From: an uncultured Candidatus Saccharibacteria bacterium
GTDB taxonomy: Bacteria; Patescibacteriota; Minisyncoccia; Phycocordibacterales; DAORIS01
DNA: 64,000 nt
NCBI GenBank assembly: GCA_964644035.1
Contig: CAZXUH010000001.1
Span: 195,712-259,711, forward strand
Reading direction: 5' to 3'
Below are positions 9,949-19,679 of the stretch, piece by piece. Position 1 is the first letter of the stretch. Each line of letters starts with the position of its first letter. A model generated the notes under the pieces. It did no database searches. It was given only the letters and a program-made list of their open reading frames with translations, and was not told the DNA's origin. The position numbers and the translations under genes were made by a program.

Positions 9949-11511
9949 GGCTAGTACTAATTCTTTTTCTATGCTTTGTAGCTGAGTTTGAGGATTTGTT
10001 GAAAGAATAATCTCAAACGAACCTTCGGGTAGTACAATACTGCGACTCTCGTTTTTAAAATTAAGGTATACAAATACTTTTTCTTTTTCATACGATCGCT
10101 CAAAAGCAAATACATGATGTGATGTAACATCAAAAGAGGTATACGTACCGTATTGAAGGGCTGGCTCAGACTTACTGAGTGCAATAAGTTTTTTATATAG
10201 ATTGAGTAATGAAGAAGGGTCTTTGGTCTCCGTTGCGACATTGTATGTCGATTTTGATTCATTAACAGGTAACCATGGTTCATTGTTAGAGAAACCTGCA
10301 TATGTTGAATTGTCCCACTGCATGGGAGTGCGTGATTGATCGCGAGTCGAATCTTTTTTATCACGAGAGAAATTGTCTTGTATCTTATCTTCTGGAATAA
10401 CCGTATCTTCCATGCCGATTTCTTCGCCATAATAGACAAATTTGCTTCCAGGAAGGGTAAGGAGGAGCATGGCTGCCAAGGGTGTGTGCTCGCGACCTAT
10501 CCTTGAAGCAAGACGGGAAACGTCGTGATTGCCCAATACATAAGGCCTTACATCCTCAGGATTGAGTGCTTTTTCATAGACATCTACTTCAGCGCGATAT
10601 GCTTGGGCTTTCCATGGCAATTTGAGAAGATTGAAATTGAATGGAGCATGATTGTGATGTGGGCATGCTCGGTAAAATTCGAGCAAACCAGCAGCAGGCA
10701 AGTATGCTTCACTAACAAGGAATATGTCTTTGTGAGCAAAAGCTATTTCAGAAAACATAATAATCACTTCTTTGAGTTCTGGTTGGTTCTGACTGTAGAT
10801 ATGTGCCATGCTGTCGTAGACCGTTTGGTCATGAGTGCGTTTTGCAAAAGGTACAAATGGCTCATCTCTAAACTGTATGTCTTCAACCATGTGACTAATG
10901 GCATCGATACGAAAACCATCGACTCCCTGAGCGATCCAAAATTCCATAACATCCTTCATAGCCTTTTTTACTTCTGCATTGCGCCAGTTGAGATCTGGTT
11001 GATCTGGTAAAAACTGGTGAAGATAGTATTGCCCCGACTTTTCGTCGTATGTCCATGCAGGACCACCTGAGACCGAAAGCCAGTTATTAGGCAAGCCGCC
11101 ATTGACTCCAGGGTCGCGCCAGACATACCAGTCACGTTTTGGATTGTCTTTAGAACTCTTTGATTCTACAAACCATGGATGTTCAGAAGAAGTGTGGTTG
11201 GTGACGAGGTCTATGAGTACTTTGATATCTCGAGCGTGAGCTTCTTTAAACAGATTTTTAATTATCTCCAATGAACCAAAGCGGGGATCAACGTTTTTAT
11301 AGTCAGAAATATCATACCCGAAGTCTTTCATGGGCGAAGTAAAAAACGGTGTCAGCCAGATTGCATCGACACCAAGCCATTTGAGATAGTCGAGCTTCGA
11401 AATGACTCCACTTAGATCACCCATACCATCGCCATCGCTATCCTTGAAACTTAGAGGATATATCTCATAGATGACAGCATGATCGTACCAGGGACGGGTA
11501 TCATTTTTCAT
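9916..11511 (-). CDS. GH13 alpha-glucosidase / oligo-1,6-glucosidase
   Basis: YEIYPLSFKDSDGDGMGDL, NHTS, QPDLNW, GFRIDA, NHD and RTPMQW motifs. Confidence 0.93.
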   Translation of the reverse strand: MKNDTRPWYDHAVIYEIYPLSFKDSDGDGMGDLSGVISKLDYLKWLGVDAIWLTPFFTSPMKDFGYDISDYKNVDPRFGSLEIIKNLFKEAHARDIKVLIDLVTNHTSSEHPWFVESKSSKDNPKRDWYVWRDPGVNGGLPNNWLSVSGGPAWTYDEKSGQYYLHQFLPDQPDLNWRNAEVKKAMKDVMEFWIAQGVDGFRIDAISHMVEDIQFRDEPFVPFAKRTHDQTVYDSMAHIYSQNQPELKEVIIMFSEIAFAHKDIFLVSEAYLPAAGLLEFYRACPHHNHAPFNFNLLKLPWKAQAYRAEVDVYEKALNPEDVRPYVLGNHDVSRLASRIGREHTPLAAMLLLTLPGSKFVYYGEEIGMEDTVIPEDKIQDNFSRDKKDSTRDQSRTPMQWDNSTYAGFSNNEPWLPVNESKSTYNVATETKDPSSLLNLYKKLIALSKSEPALQYGTYTSFDVTSHHVFAFERSYEKEKVFVYLNFKNESRSIVLPEGSFEIILSTNPQTQLQSIEKELVLASNEGVIVRKK

Positions 11512-12235
11512 TGCTCTCTATTTTATCATGATATTTAAGTCGCAGTTCCTTCATTCGGTCTATATGCTTGGTGAGATTTTCATCTTTAGACAAGTTTTTG
11601 TCATGATTTCGATGAATATGACTTATGAAAGGTTGATAGCTCGGCATATGCTCCGCTATGAGAAATCGTATAAATAGATCTAGGTCTTCAGCCATGCGCA
11701 TAGAAGTATCAAAACCTCCAGCCAATTGCCACAATTCTTTCTTGAAAAATACATTGCTTTGAATGAAGAATTCTCCTTTGAAAATAGATTCAAGCATTGC
11801 CTGAGGAGATTTAAAATGCCATCCATAGTAATCCTGACCCATTTCATAACGCAACTCTTCGTCTGATCGCACAAAATCGCTTATAAACCAAGAAATATCA
11901 GGTTGTTTGCGAGCTACATCGACAAAGTTGTGTAGTGTGCGCTGAAGAACAATATCATCGCTATCAAGCATAAAAATATAATCGCCAGTTGCTTGTTCAA
12001 TAAGGAAATTTCTACCAAAAGACGGGCCTTTATTTTCTTTATTCTTGAAATAGCGAACATTAGCAGGTGCCTTTTCAAATATTGTTTCTGTACCATCGGT
12101 AGATCCATCGTCATAAATCAAATGTTCAAATGTAATATCTGTAAAAGGGGACAGGATACTTTTCTGAACACTTTCTATAGCCTCAGATAGAAATTTTTTC
12201 TGATTGTATGTGCAGGTAATAATTGAGATTTTCAT
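11501..12235 (-). CDS. Glycosyltransferase family 2
   Basis: ISIITCTYN, DDGSTD, LDSDD and ED motifs. Confidence 0.9.
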   Translation of the reverse strand: MKISIITCTYNQKKFLSEAIESVQKSILSPFTDITFEHLIYDDGSTDGTETIFEKAPANVRYFKNKENKGPSFGRNFLIEQATGDYIFMLDSDDIVLQRTLHNFVDVARKQPDISWFISDFVRSDEELRYEMGQDYYGWHFKSPQAMLESIFKGEFFIQSNVFFKKELWQLAGGFDTSMRMAEDLDLFIRFLIAEHMPSYQPFISHIHRNHDKNLSKDENLTKHIDRMKELRLKYHDKIESNEK

Positions 12236-13329
12236 ATTTTCTTTTCAACAAGAGATTGGTATAGAGCTTCATACTGATCGACCATTTTTTCAACACTAAA
12301 ATGTTCCTCAACCCATGTTCTACATTCTTTTCGATCAATCGCTCCAATATTCTTGATCGCTTCAATCATTTGTTTTTCATTTTTAACAACAAATCCTGTT
12401 TTTCCGTGTTTAATTATTTCCGAAGCAGCACCTCTGTCAAAAGCGATTACTGGTGTTCCGCAGGCTTGTGATTCAACAAGAGTTAGGCCAAACGGTTCGT
12501 CCCATGTGAGTGGAGCAAGTTTGGCAATTGCATTTTTGTACAATTCAACTTTCTGTCTGAAATTCACGGGACCGACATATCTTATTTTTTTACTTAAGTA
12601 TGGTCTGATGTATTCATTGAAAAACTCCTCTTCGCCAAATGTATCACCAGCGAGTATAAGCTCCATCCCAAGTGTGTGGGCAATCTTTACCGCTATATGA
12701 GCCCCTTTTTGTTTGTTTATGTAACCCAGAAATAGTAGGTAATTTTTAGGATTTTCATTAAACTCAAATTTTTTGACAGGTATGCCGTTGTGGATACAAA
12801 TATGTTTTATGAAAGTAGCATCATTTTTTTCAAATCGCTTTTCTTGATCATTACTTACGGCAACATAATTAATTTTTGAATATGCATCAAAAATAAAATG
12901 TGATTTATTTTTTACACCTGAGTCTTGGAGTATCGATTTGAGTGAAGCTTTTGAAAAAGGGTGATGAAGCGTTTGTATTATTGGCTTATCAATAAAAGGT
13001 GTAAAAAGGGGTGCTCCTTGTGTATGACAGTGAATGACATCGAATTCTTCAGCTCGTGCAGCCATGTAACTGGTATTCCAGTACTCCATAATAAGTCCAT
13101 GCAAGTCACTTTGGCCGGACGAAAGAACCTTGTCGGGTATCAGAGAAACAAGCTTTCCTTTTGTTTTTGATTTTTCAGGTGCGAATAGAGTAACTTCATG
13201 TCCTCTGCGAACAAGTTCTTCAGTAATCCATGAAACTACGAATTCTAATCCGTTTTTCGAAGTAGGTGGTACAGGTACCGCAAGCGATACAACCTGAGCT
13301 ATTTTAAGTTTTTTAAGAGGATGGGCCAT
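12232..13329 (-). CDS. Glycosyltransferase family 4
   Basis: GHEVTLFA, IHNGI and EPFGLTLVESQACGTPV motifs. Start taken at ATG 13329. Confidence 0.9.
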   Translation of the reverse strand: MAHPLKKLKIAQVVSLAVPVPPTSKNGLEFVVSWITEELVRRGHEVTLFAPEKSKTKGKLVSLIPDKVLSSGQSDLHGLIMEYWNTSYMAARAEEFDVIHCHTQGAPLFTPFIDKPIIQTLHHPFSKASLKSILQDSGVKNKSHFIFDAYSKINYVAVSNDQEKRFEKNDATFIKHICIHNGIPVKKFEFNENPKNYLLFLGYINKQKGAHIAVKIAHTLGMELILAGDTFGEEEFFNEYIRPYLSKKIRYVGPVNFRQKVELYKNAIAKLAPLTWDEPFGLTLVESQACGTPVIAFDRGAASEIIKHGKTGFVVKNEKQMIEAIKNIGAIDRKECRTWVEEHFSVEKMVDQYEALYQSLVEKKI

Positions 13330-14527
13330 CGGTCTCTTCAATTGTTCGTTTTTCCTTTGAGTAGAGCTGCCAATGTTTTTTCCATACAGTTTCTCTGAGA
13401 GAGTTTGCCTTCTTTTCAGCACGCATATAATCGCGCACTGCAAGTTTGTCCAATGATCGTACTGCAGTAAGTAGCATGGTTGCACCTTTTTCTATCTCAG
13501 TCGGATTCCAAGTCACAGGGGAGAATGGACCAAGTTTTCTCTGGCTAGCCCACCACCATGCGCAAGACGCAAGACCCTTGTCGAGGGCATTACGAGCCAA
13601 GAGATAGTTTTGATCTTTTGTCTTCTTTTCAACTATAGAGAGGGCAATATGAGCCAAATCCCAGAGTTTTTTCTGAATACTGTTCTCAGGATGTTTCCAA
13701 AGAGCAAAATGATTTTTAAGTTTACGTTCTTCCTCGGTCATTTCCCAATTTCCTTCCCATGGCTCAAGAACAACACGCGGCGCATTGTTTTTTTCTAACT
13801 CAGAAAGATATTCAGATACTTTTTGGGTCTGAATATCGGGCATATTGAATATTTTTTGGTAAAAGCCTTTGTCATCCTTGTGCCAATGACCATAGAGTTC
13901 GCCGTCGTGTACGGTAATCAGAATATTGTCTTTAATATCATTGAGATGATCAAGAATGTATTCGGGAGGGAATGTTCTTGAAAAAACTCTATTTCTAAAT
14001 ACAGCTTTGAGACCAACATCTTTTATTTCATAGATCGAAGCTGGTGAAGAATGCGGAACAGCTTTGGTAGAAGGAAAGTGTCCAGCGTCATCGAGAAGTA
14101 CCCACTCAAACCCCATTTTCTTTATGACCTCGGCTACTTCCTTGCTATACGCCATTTCGGGAAGATAAAATCCTTTAGGCATGAAGTCCTGACCAAAATA
14201 CTTTTTAATAATCTCAGTATTAAGTGCGATTTGTCGTTCTATTTCTGCAGCAGGCAAGAGTGGAAGAATAGGATGATACATAGCTGAACCCAAGAGTTCT
14301 ATTTCACCTTGATCGTGTAGTTTCTTGAAACGTTGAATAACAGCATAGTGACCAGAATTTTCCAAAAGCTCGAGAAGTGAACCAGAAATATTGAGCGTCA
14401 TTCTGATATGAGGATATTTTTCAATCAGGCTTGCGATCAGATTGTAGCTTTCATTGGTAACATGCTTCACCACGTCGTGTGATTGGGTGGGAGGCTGATA
14501 CAAATGTAGAGCATTAACCCATTTCAT
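13313..14527 (-). CDS. Glycoside hydrolase family 57
   Basis: LHLYQP, ELLGSAMYHPILPL, YLPEMAY, DGELYGH and SCAWWW motifs. Confidence 0.9.
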   Translation of the reverse strand: MKWVNALHLYQPPTQSHDVVKHVTNESYNLIASLIEKYPHIRMTLNISGSLLELLENSGHYAVIQRFKKLHDQGEIELLGSAMYHPILPLLPAAEIERQIALNTEIIKKYFGQDFMPKGFYLPEMAYSKEVAEVIKKMGFEWVLLDDAGHFPSTKAVPHSSPASIYEIKDVGLKAVFRNRVFSRTFPPEYILDHLNDIKDNILITVHDGELYGHWHKDDKGFYQKIFNMPDIQTQKVSEYLSELEKNNAPRVVLEPWEGNWEMTEEERKLKNHFALWKHPENSIQKKLWDLAHIALSIVEKKTKDQNYLLARNALDKGLASCAWWWASQRKLGPFSPVTWNPTEIEKGATMLLTAVRSLDKLAVRDYMRAEKKANSLRETVWKKHWQLYSKEKRTIEETDGPSS

Positions 14528-14528
14528 A

Positions 14529-16019
14529 TTATATTTCGGCCAAAGCCTTAAACTTTTTCTTAAGCTTCATGGTCGTGCGGTAGAGATCGATATATTTTTC
14601 AGCAGGAAGCAACCAAGAGTTGGCTTGCTGAAGATCTGAAACGATCAATCCTTTCCAAATACGCTTATGTTTGTATGTTTCAAGTGCTCGACTAATTGCT
14701 ACAAGTAAATGCCTCGATGTATATCTACTGAAAGCAAAACCATTGCCTTCTTTGTGTTCAGGACTGTAGTCGATAATAGTATCAGCCAAACCGCCAATAT
14801 GATGCACGATTGGTACGCAACCATAGCGCATAGCAATGAGCTGGTTGATACCACACGGTTCAAATCGTGAAGGAAGAAGGAACATATCTGAACCAGCATA
14901 CAAAGATGTTTCAAGATTACGATCAAAAGGCACCATAGTGAACTGTTTTGGATATGTTTTACCAACATTTCTGAGATAGGTAGCTATTTCATCATCACCA
15001 TCACCCATAATGATCATTTGAGTATTGAGGTGCATGAGAGTGTTGAGAATAGGAATGAGCATTTTGAACCCTTTCTGTTCGACGACACGGGACGTCATAC
15101 ATATAAGAGGTATGTTTTCATCTATAGTCAGACCGTAATGTCTCTGCAGCCATTTTTTATTGAATTTCTTCCTCGTAACTGATTTGTCGCTATAGTGTTT
15201 TTTCAAACCTGGGTCGGTCATAGGGTTGAATTCTGCATAATCAATACCGTTGACGATGCCAAAGAATATTTTTTCTCTGTTTTTAAGAATTCGGTGCAAT
15301 TCCTGACCAAAGTCGATCGTCATAATTTCTTTTCGATAGGTTTCAGAGACGGCATTGATAGCGTCGGCGTTTAAGATGGCTCTTTTGGCAAAATTGATAC
15401 GTTCTAGTGCCTCACTATCGGTAAAAGCAGGCAATGTCGTGCGACCATTATCTCTCAAATCATTTGGTACCTCCCACCAATTGTGTCCAAGCTGATATGA
15501 AAGATTGTGAATGGTAAAAAGAGTCGCCGTTGCTTCCCAAAAAGGATCTTTTTTATACCTACCTTTTAAAAAGTATGGAATCAGTCCACTATGCCAATCG
15601 TGACAGTTGATGACGTCTGGCTGGACGTTGATTATTTTGAGCAATTGCAAGGCGGCGACATCAAAAAGAAAAAAACGAGCGTTTTCATTTTGCTCACCGT
15701 AGAGGTGATCGATATCACCAAAAAATTGCTTGTGACCAACAAGATAAATCGTTGGTGCTGATCCTGTATTGAGACGATAATAACTCACTGTTTCGTAGAC
15801 ACCAGCACTGAGCTCTATTGGTACGTTTTCAGCGACGACTTCGATAGGGTGCGACTGAGTATTGAGGATTTTCTCGTAGTATGGCGTAATAACAAGGACA
15901 TTGTGTCCAAGGTTGGCGTGAGCCCTAGGGAGGGCACCAATAACATTGGCTAGACCTCCGCTTTTTGAAAATGGCTCGATTTCCGAGGCCACGTGCACGA
16001 TAGTGAGGGCTTTTTGCAT
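14529..16019 (-). CDS. glgA: Glycogen synthase
   Basis: KSGGLANV, CHDWH, TIHNL, GIVNGID and PSRFEPCG motifs. Confidence 0.95.
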   Translation of the reverse strand: MQKALTIVHVASEIEPFSKSGGLANVIGALPRAHANLGHNVLVITPYYEKILNTQSHPIEVVAENVPIELSAGVYETVSYYRLNTGSAPTIYLVGHKQFFGDIDHLYGEQNENARFFLFDVAALQLLKIINVQPDVINCHDWHSGLIPYFLKGRYKKDPFWEATATLFTIHNLSYQLGHNWWEVPNDLRDNGRTTLPAFTDSEALERINFAKRAILNADAINAVSETYRKEIMTIDFGQELHRILKNREKIFFGIVNGIDYAEFNPMTDPGLKKHYSDKSVTRKKFNKKWLQRHYGLTIDENIPLICMTSRVVEQKGFKMLIPILNTLMHLNTQMIIMGDGDDEIATYLRNVGKTYPKQFTMVPFDRNLETSLYAGSDMFLLPSRFEPCGINQLIAMRYGCVPIVHHIGGLADTIIDYSPEHKEGNGFAFSRYTSRHLLVAISRALETYKHKRIWKGLIVSDLQQANSWLLPAEKYIDLYRTTMKLKKKFKALAEI

Positions 16020-16090
16020 GCGTGAGTCAAATTATTGCATAAAACGGCCTCTTTGTCATTTTATTTTGCACCACTCGGTGTGTTAGAATT

Positions 16091-16330
16091 ATGGGTATGT
16101 TTAAAAATGTACAAGGTTTTTTGATCAAGAAAATGCTTCGTTCGAAGCTCAAAGATGTGCCGCCAGAAACGCAAGATAAAATGATTGCAGCTATTCAGAC
16201 TAACCCAGAACTTTTTCAGAAGATTGCTGCTGAGATTGAGCAGCAGACCAAGTCGGGCAAGGATCAAATGGCTGCTGCAATGGAAGTGATGCAGAAATAT
16301 CAATCCGAACTTCAAACTGCTCTCAAATAA
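16091..16330 (+). CDS. Small helical hypothetical protein
   Basis: 79-aa ORF with host-like codon usage, abutting the next gene. Confidence 0.75.
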   Translation: MGMFKNVQGFLIKKMLRSKLKDVPPETQDKMIAAIQTNPELFQKIAAEIEQQTKSGKDQMAAAMEVMQKYQSELQTALK

Positions 16331-16906
16331 ATGAAAAAGATTTTTCTTCTGCTCGGACATGAAAACAAAGAGACGCTTTCGGGTGTACTCACAAGCGAAT
16401 ACGAACGCGGTGCCAAGGAATCTGGTCATGAGGTGCGGCGTATGAATATTGGTGACTTGAAATTTGATCCTTTTTTACACAAAGGCTATCACGTCATACA
16501 AGAACTCGAACCTGACCTCAAACAATTCGAAGAAAATGTCCGTTGGGCTGATCATATCGTGATTGTTCACCCTGTCTGGTTCTCAATGGTACCTGCGCTT
16601 CTCAAAGGTCTCTTCGATCGAGTGTGGTTGCCTGCTTTTGCATATCATTATTATAAAAATGGCATGGGTTGGAAGAAATTATTGAAGGGTAGAAGTGCAC
16701 GATTGATTATGCTTCAAAATTCTCCATCGATAGTCAGCTGGATGCTGTTTGGTGACAACTCATCATTCCTAAGAAAGGCAATATTGCGCTTCGCGGGTAT
16801 CTCGCCAGTGTATGTCACACGTCTTACTCGTTCTGAAAAAATGAATGACAATAAAGTGAATCGTTGGAAAAATAAAATCTACAAGTTTGGCAAAAAGGGT
16901 AAGTAG
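16331..16906 (+). CDS. NAD(P)H-dependent oxidoreductase (flavodoxin_2 family)
   Basis: LLGH, WADHIVIVHPVWFSMVPALLKGLFDRV and LKGRSA motifs. Confidence 0.88.
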   Translation: MKKIFLLLGHENKETLSGVLTSEYERGAKESGHEVRRMNIGDLKFDPFLHKGYHVIQELEPDLKQFEENVRWADHIVIVHPVWFSMVPALLKGLFDRVWLPAFAYHYYKNGMGWKKLLKGRSARLIMLQNSPSIVSWMLFGDNSSFLRKAILRFAGISPVYVTRLTRSEKMNDNKVNRWKNKIYKFGKKGK

Positions 16907-16993
16907 TTTACAAATTCTATTTTTAATGTTATAAATTGGTCAGAGAGGGAAACATCGTGTTTCACTCCGTTTCTTGTATTCAGGAGGTAGTAT

Positions 16994-17293
16994 ATGAAAA
17001 GTACACCCCCCTCATCGGAAGCGGAGTACGTCGAGATCCTGAGAGATTTCGTGTTCCGCTACACCCGTATCCATTTCAAGGTTGCTGAGTTGTATGGAAA
17101 CAACTATCGCGGTCTGGAGAATTGGGATAAGGCAGATGTTGAACGCAGAGCCGAAGAGCTGGAAGCCTTGGCCAAATTCAGGAAGAAGCTCAAAATAGAC
17201 GATGCAAAAAATAAGTTATTCAATAACATCCTCTGGCAGGAGGTTATGGCAACACTTGAAGCAGAGAAGAAGAAATTAGAAGGCGGTGCATGA
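16994..17293 (+). CDS. Hypothetical protein (stand-alone cassette)
   Basis: SD AGGAGG; coiled-coil-like 99 aa; hairpin GGCGGTGCA-TGA-TGCACGCC followed by a T-run. Confidence 0.7.
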   Translation: MKSTPPSSEAEYVEILRDFVFRYTRIHFKVAELYGNNYRGLENWDKADVERRAEELEALAKFRKKLKIDDAKNKLFNNILWQEVMATLEAEKKKLEGGA

Positions 17294-17348
17294 TGCACGC
17301 CTTTTTTTATTTGTAAAAAACGCTTTCGTACGATAGCATTCGAACACA

Positions 17349-18473
17349 ATGGCATTATCAATCGGCATCGTCGGTCTTCCAAACGTCGGTAAATCGACCC
17401 TTTTCAACGCTCTTACAAAAAAGAGTGTCCTTGCTGCCAACTATCCTTTTGCAACTATTGATCCTTCTGTTGGAGTAGTCGCTGTCCCCGACGATCGGTT
17501 GTGGAAGCTCTCTTCATTTTCAAAATCAGTAAAAACTGTCCCTGCTGCAGTAGAATTTGTCGATATTGCAGGTTTGGTCAAAGGTGCATCAGAAGGCGAA
17601 GGTTTGGGCAATCAATTTTTGCAAAACATCAGAGAAACAGACGCAATTGCTGAGGTGGTGCGTATTTTTGAAGATGACAATATCATTCATGTCGACAATA
17701 AGATCGACCCCCTCAAAGATATTGAGGTGATCAATCTCGAACTCATTCTTGCTGATATGCAGACGATTACCAAGCGTATCAATAACATTCAAAAGGAAGT
17801 AAAGCAGGCTAAAAAAGAGGCTATTATCGAAGAAGCAGGATTAAAGAAAATACAGGTGGCGCTTGAAGCTGGACAACTTGCTCGAACAGCAGCACTCACA
17901 GAATTTGAAATTCCTTTTATAAAGAATATGCATTTGCTGACCATGAAGCCTATTTTGTATGTGCTCAATAAAAAGGGTGGTGGTAAAAATCTAGATGAAA
18001 TAAATGATGAACGATACAAAAAACTGATTGAATTTATAAAACAATCAGGTGCTGGCTATGTAGTAGTCGATGCTCGCATTGAGGAAGAACTCAAAGATTT
18101 CGAAGGGGTAGAAAAAAATGAATTTAGAAAAGAGTTAATGGGAGGGGACTTGTCCGACGAAGCCTTGGCGAAGTCGGATGGGGTAGATCATCTGATCAAA
18201 GCAGGATACGACCTGCTTGGTCTTATAACCTATTTCACAACTGGAGAAGACGAATCACGTGCATGGACTATTAGAAAAGGTTGGACAGCGCCATTGGCTG
18301 GAACAGCGATACATACTGATTTCAAAGATAAATTTGTCAGGGCTGAAGTAGTAGAGTGGGACAAACTTCTCGAAGCTGGTTCATATGGCAATGCTCGGGA
18401 AAAAGGTCTCGTTCGTACTGAAGGCAAGGAGTATATCGTCAAAGACGGCGACGTAATTGAATTTAAAATTTAG
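17349..18473 (+). CDS. ychF: Redox-regulated ATPase YchF
   Basis: GIVGLPNVGKSTLFNALT, NYPFATIDP, DIAGLVKGAS.GEGLGN and TGS domain. Confidence 0.98.
   Translation: MALSIGIVGLPNVGKSTLFNALTKKSVLAANYPFATIDPSVGVVAVPDDRLWKLSSFSKSVKTVPAAVEFVDIAGLVKGASEGEGLGNQFLQNIRETDAIAEVVRIFEDDNIIHVDNKIDPLKDIEVINLELILADMQTITKRINNIQKEVKQAKKEAIIEEAGLKKIQVALEAGQLARTAALTEFEIPFIKNMHLLTMKPILYVLNKKGGGKNLDEINDERYKKLIEFIKQSGAGYVVVDARIEEELKDFEGVEKNEFRKELMGGDLSDEALAKSDGVDHLIKAGYDLLGLITYFTTGEDESRAWTIRKGWTAPLAGTAIHTDFKDKFVRAEVVEWDKLLEAGSYGNAREKGLVRTEGKEYIVKDGDVIEFKI
18148..18178 (-). repeat. 31-bp REP-like hairpin element, copy 2 (in frame inside ychF, encoding LSDEALAKSD)
   Basis: Minus strand reads TCCGAC-TTCG-CCAAGGC-TTC-GTCGGA-CAAGT. 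Confidence 0.85.
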
Positions 18474-18477
18474 ATAT

Positions 18478-18612
18478 AAAAAATCCTCCAGAGGTAGACC
18501 TCACGGAGGGGTTGAACGTAGAAGTTCCACGTTGTAGTTGACTGTTGAGGTCACTGTTGGCGTTGAACGTCGCAGTTCGAAGTTGTTGTGGGCACCGAAC
18601 TCATGTCCAGGC
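18478..18612 (-). ncRNA. Putative small RNA unit 1 (~135 nt, internal tandem repeat)
   Basis: TTGACA (18642-47)-17-TATAGT (18619-24) promoter; terminator hairpin 18482-18513 plus U-tract; only a 17-codon ORF. Confidence 0.6.
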
Positions 18613-18637
18613 TCGAATACTATAACAAGAGCATCAG

Positions 18638-18699
18638 AATCTGTCAAGTAACGAAGATGGTGGTGCGATAGAGTAGAGAATCTAGGCAGAAAAAAAGCC
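18638..18699. repeat. Inter-cassette linker repeat, copy 1
   Basis: AATCTGTCAAGTAACGAAGATGGTGGTGCGATAGAGTAGAGAATCTAGGCAGAAAAAAAGCC, similar to 18837-18897 and 20183-20217. Confidence 0.8.
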
Positions 18700-18811
18700 G
18701 CAATATCCTGTAAACAAGACATCCGGCTGAGGGATTGGCCGCTGAGGCCCGAAGCAGATCTTACCTGAGTGAGCCGCTAAAGGCTGACTAGATACTATAC
18801 CTGTTGCAACT
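18690..18811 (-). ncRNA. Putative small RNA unit 2 (~120 nt)
   Basis: TTGACA (18841-46)-17-TATGAT (18818-23) promoter; terminator AGCCG..TGTCTTGT/ACAGGATA..CGGCT-T7; no credible ORF. Confidence 0.6.
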
Positions 18812-18836
18812 GAAAATATCATAGCAAACTAACCAA

Positions 18837-18897
18837 AATCTGTCAAATTACAAGATGGTAGTGCTATAGAGTTTGAGATTTAGGTAAGAAAAAAGCC
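18837..18897. repeat. Inter-cassette linker repeat, copy 2
   Basis: AATCTGTCAAATTACAAGATGGTAGTGCTATAGAGTTTGAGATTTAGGTAAGAAAAAAGCC. Confidence 0.8.
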
Positions 18898-18973
18898 CGT
18901 TGGTCTGCGAAACAGCAGTGAACCAACGGGCGTCGCCGAAAAATGAACATTAACCCAAGCACATGGCGAGGGT
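18889..18973 (-). ncRNA. Putative small RNA unit 3 (~85 nt)
   Basis: TTGACA (19002-07)-16-TACACT promoter with extended TG; TCGCC/GGCGA stem, then GCCCGTTGGT...ACCAACGGGC-T6 terminator. Confidence 0.6.
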
Positions 18974-19107
18974 GATAACAGTGTAGCACGTATATACTTT
19001 ATGTCAAATACTTTGTTGACATGCTATCCTTAGAGTGTTATTTTGCTGCCTAGATACCAGTATTGTACTGGCAGCTAATTCTCAAACACACATGAAAGGA
19101 TTGTTTT

Positions 19108-19668
19108 ATGGATTTGCGAGAATTTTGGAACCTCGTTGAGAAGTACCCTTGGCTGGTGCGTGCGGTTATCATCGGATCAAGTTGGGGGAAAATCGATGAG
19201 GAGTACAGAACTCAGCCCTCTCTGTTTGGTGACTGGTTCAAACCAAGTGCCATCAGAAGCGGCGTAAAACAAATTCGTTTCAGGCAATGGAATAAACTGG
19301 ATTTGCATGCTTTACCATCCACACGTGAACGTCGGGTAGAAAATGCAGGTCGTATTGTAGATACAACCACTTCGGTTGAATATCATTGCTACTCTCATGG
19401 ATTTGACATGGGTCAATTTAGCGACTGTACATATAGCATGGCCGGCGGCGGACAAGCAAAAAGGGATGGTGTTGGGGAGTGGACAGTCCAGAACATGATT
19501 GATTTCGTTCATGAAAATGGAGGGCTTGTTGATGCAATCATCAAAGAAACAACCCAGCATGTGCAACGGTTCAAGACCACCAACGGCATAGAAAAGGCGA
19601 AATCAATGGGGGAACGGACAGTTAAGTCATTCGACATCTTTCTTTCTCCCGACACAAATTCTACTTAA
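19108..19668 (+). CDS. Hypothetical protein
   Basis: TTGACA-17-TATTTT promoter at 19016 and SD GAAAGGA; 186 aa, no recognised motif. Confidence 0.75.
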   Translation: MDLREFWNLVEKYPWLVRAVIIGSSWGKIDEEYRTQPSLFGDWFKPSAIRSGVKQIRFRQWNKLDLHALPSTRERRVENAGRIVDTTTSVEYHCYSHGFDMGQFSDCTYSMAGGGQAKRDGVGEWTVQNMIDFVHENGGLVDAIIKETTQHVQRFKTTNGIEKAKSMGERTVKSFDIFLSPDTNST

Positions 19669-19679
19669 CAGGAGGTTCT

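Noticed and set aside
17162-17176. GAAGCCTTGGCCAA as another copy of the 31-bp element
   Set aside because: No flanking paired stem or CTTG end; ordinary coding sequence (EALAK).
18478-18612. AAC-rich unit 1 as the DGR template repeat for the 20271 gene
   Set aside because: Only short patches align (TCGAAC..GAC, TCAACT) and mismatches occur at non-adenine positions, contrary to the TR/VR rule.
18501-18722. 73-aa minus-strand ORF from the track
   Set aside because: Starts inside the unit 2 terminator and crosses the unit 1 promoter; likely spurious.
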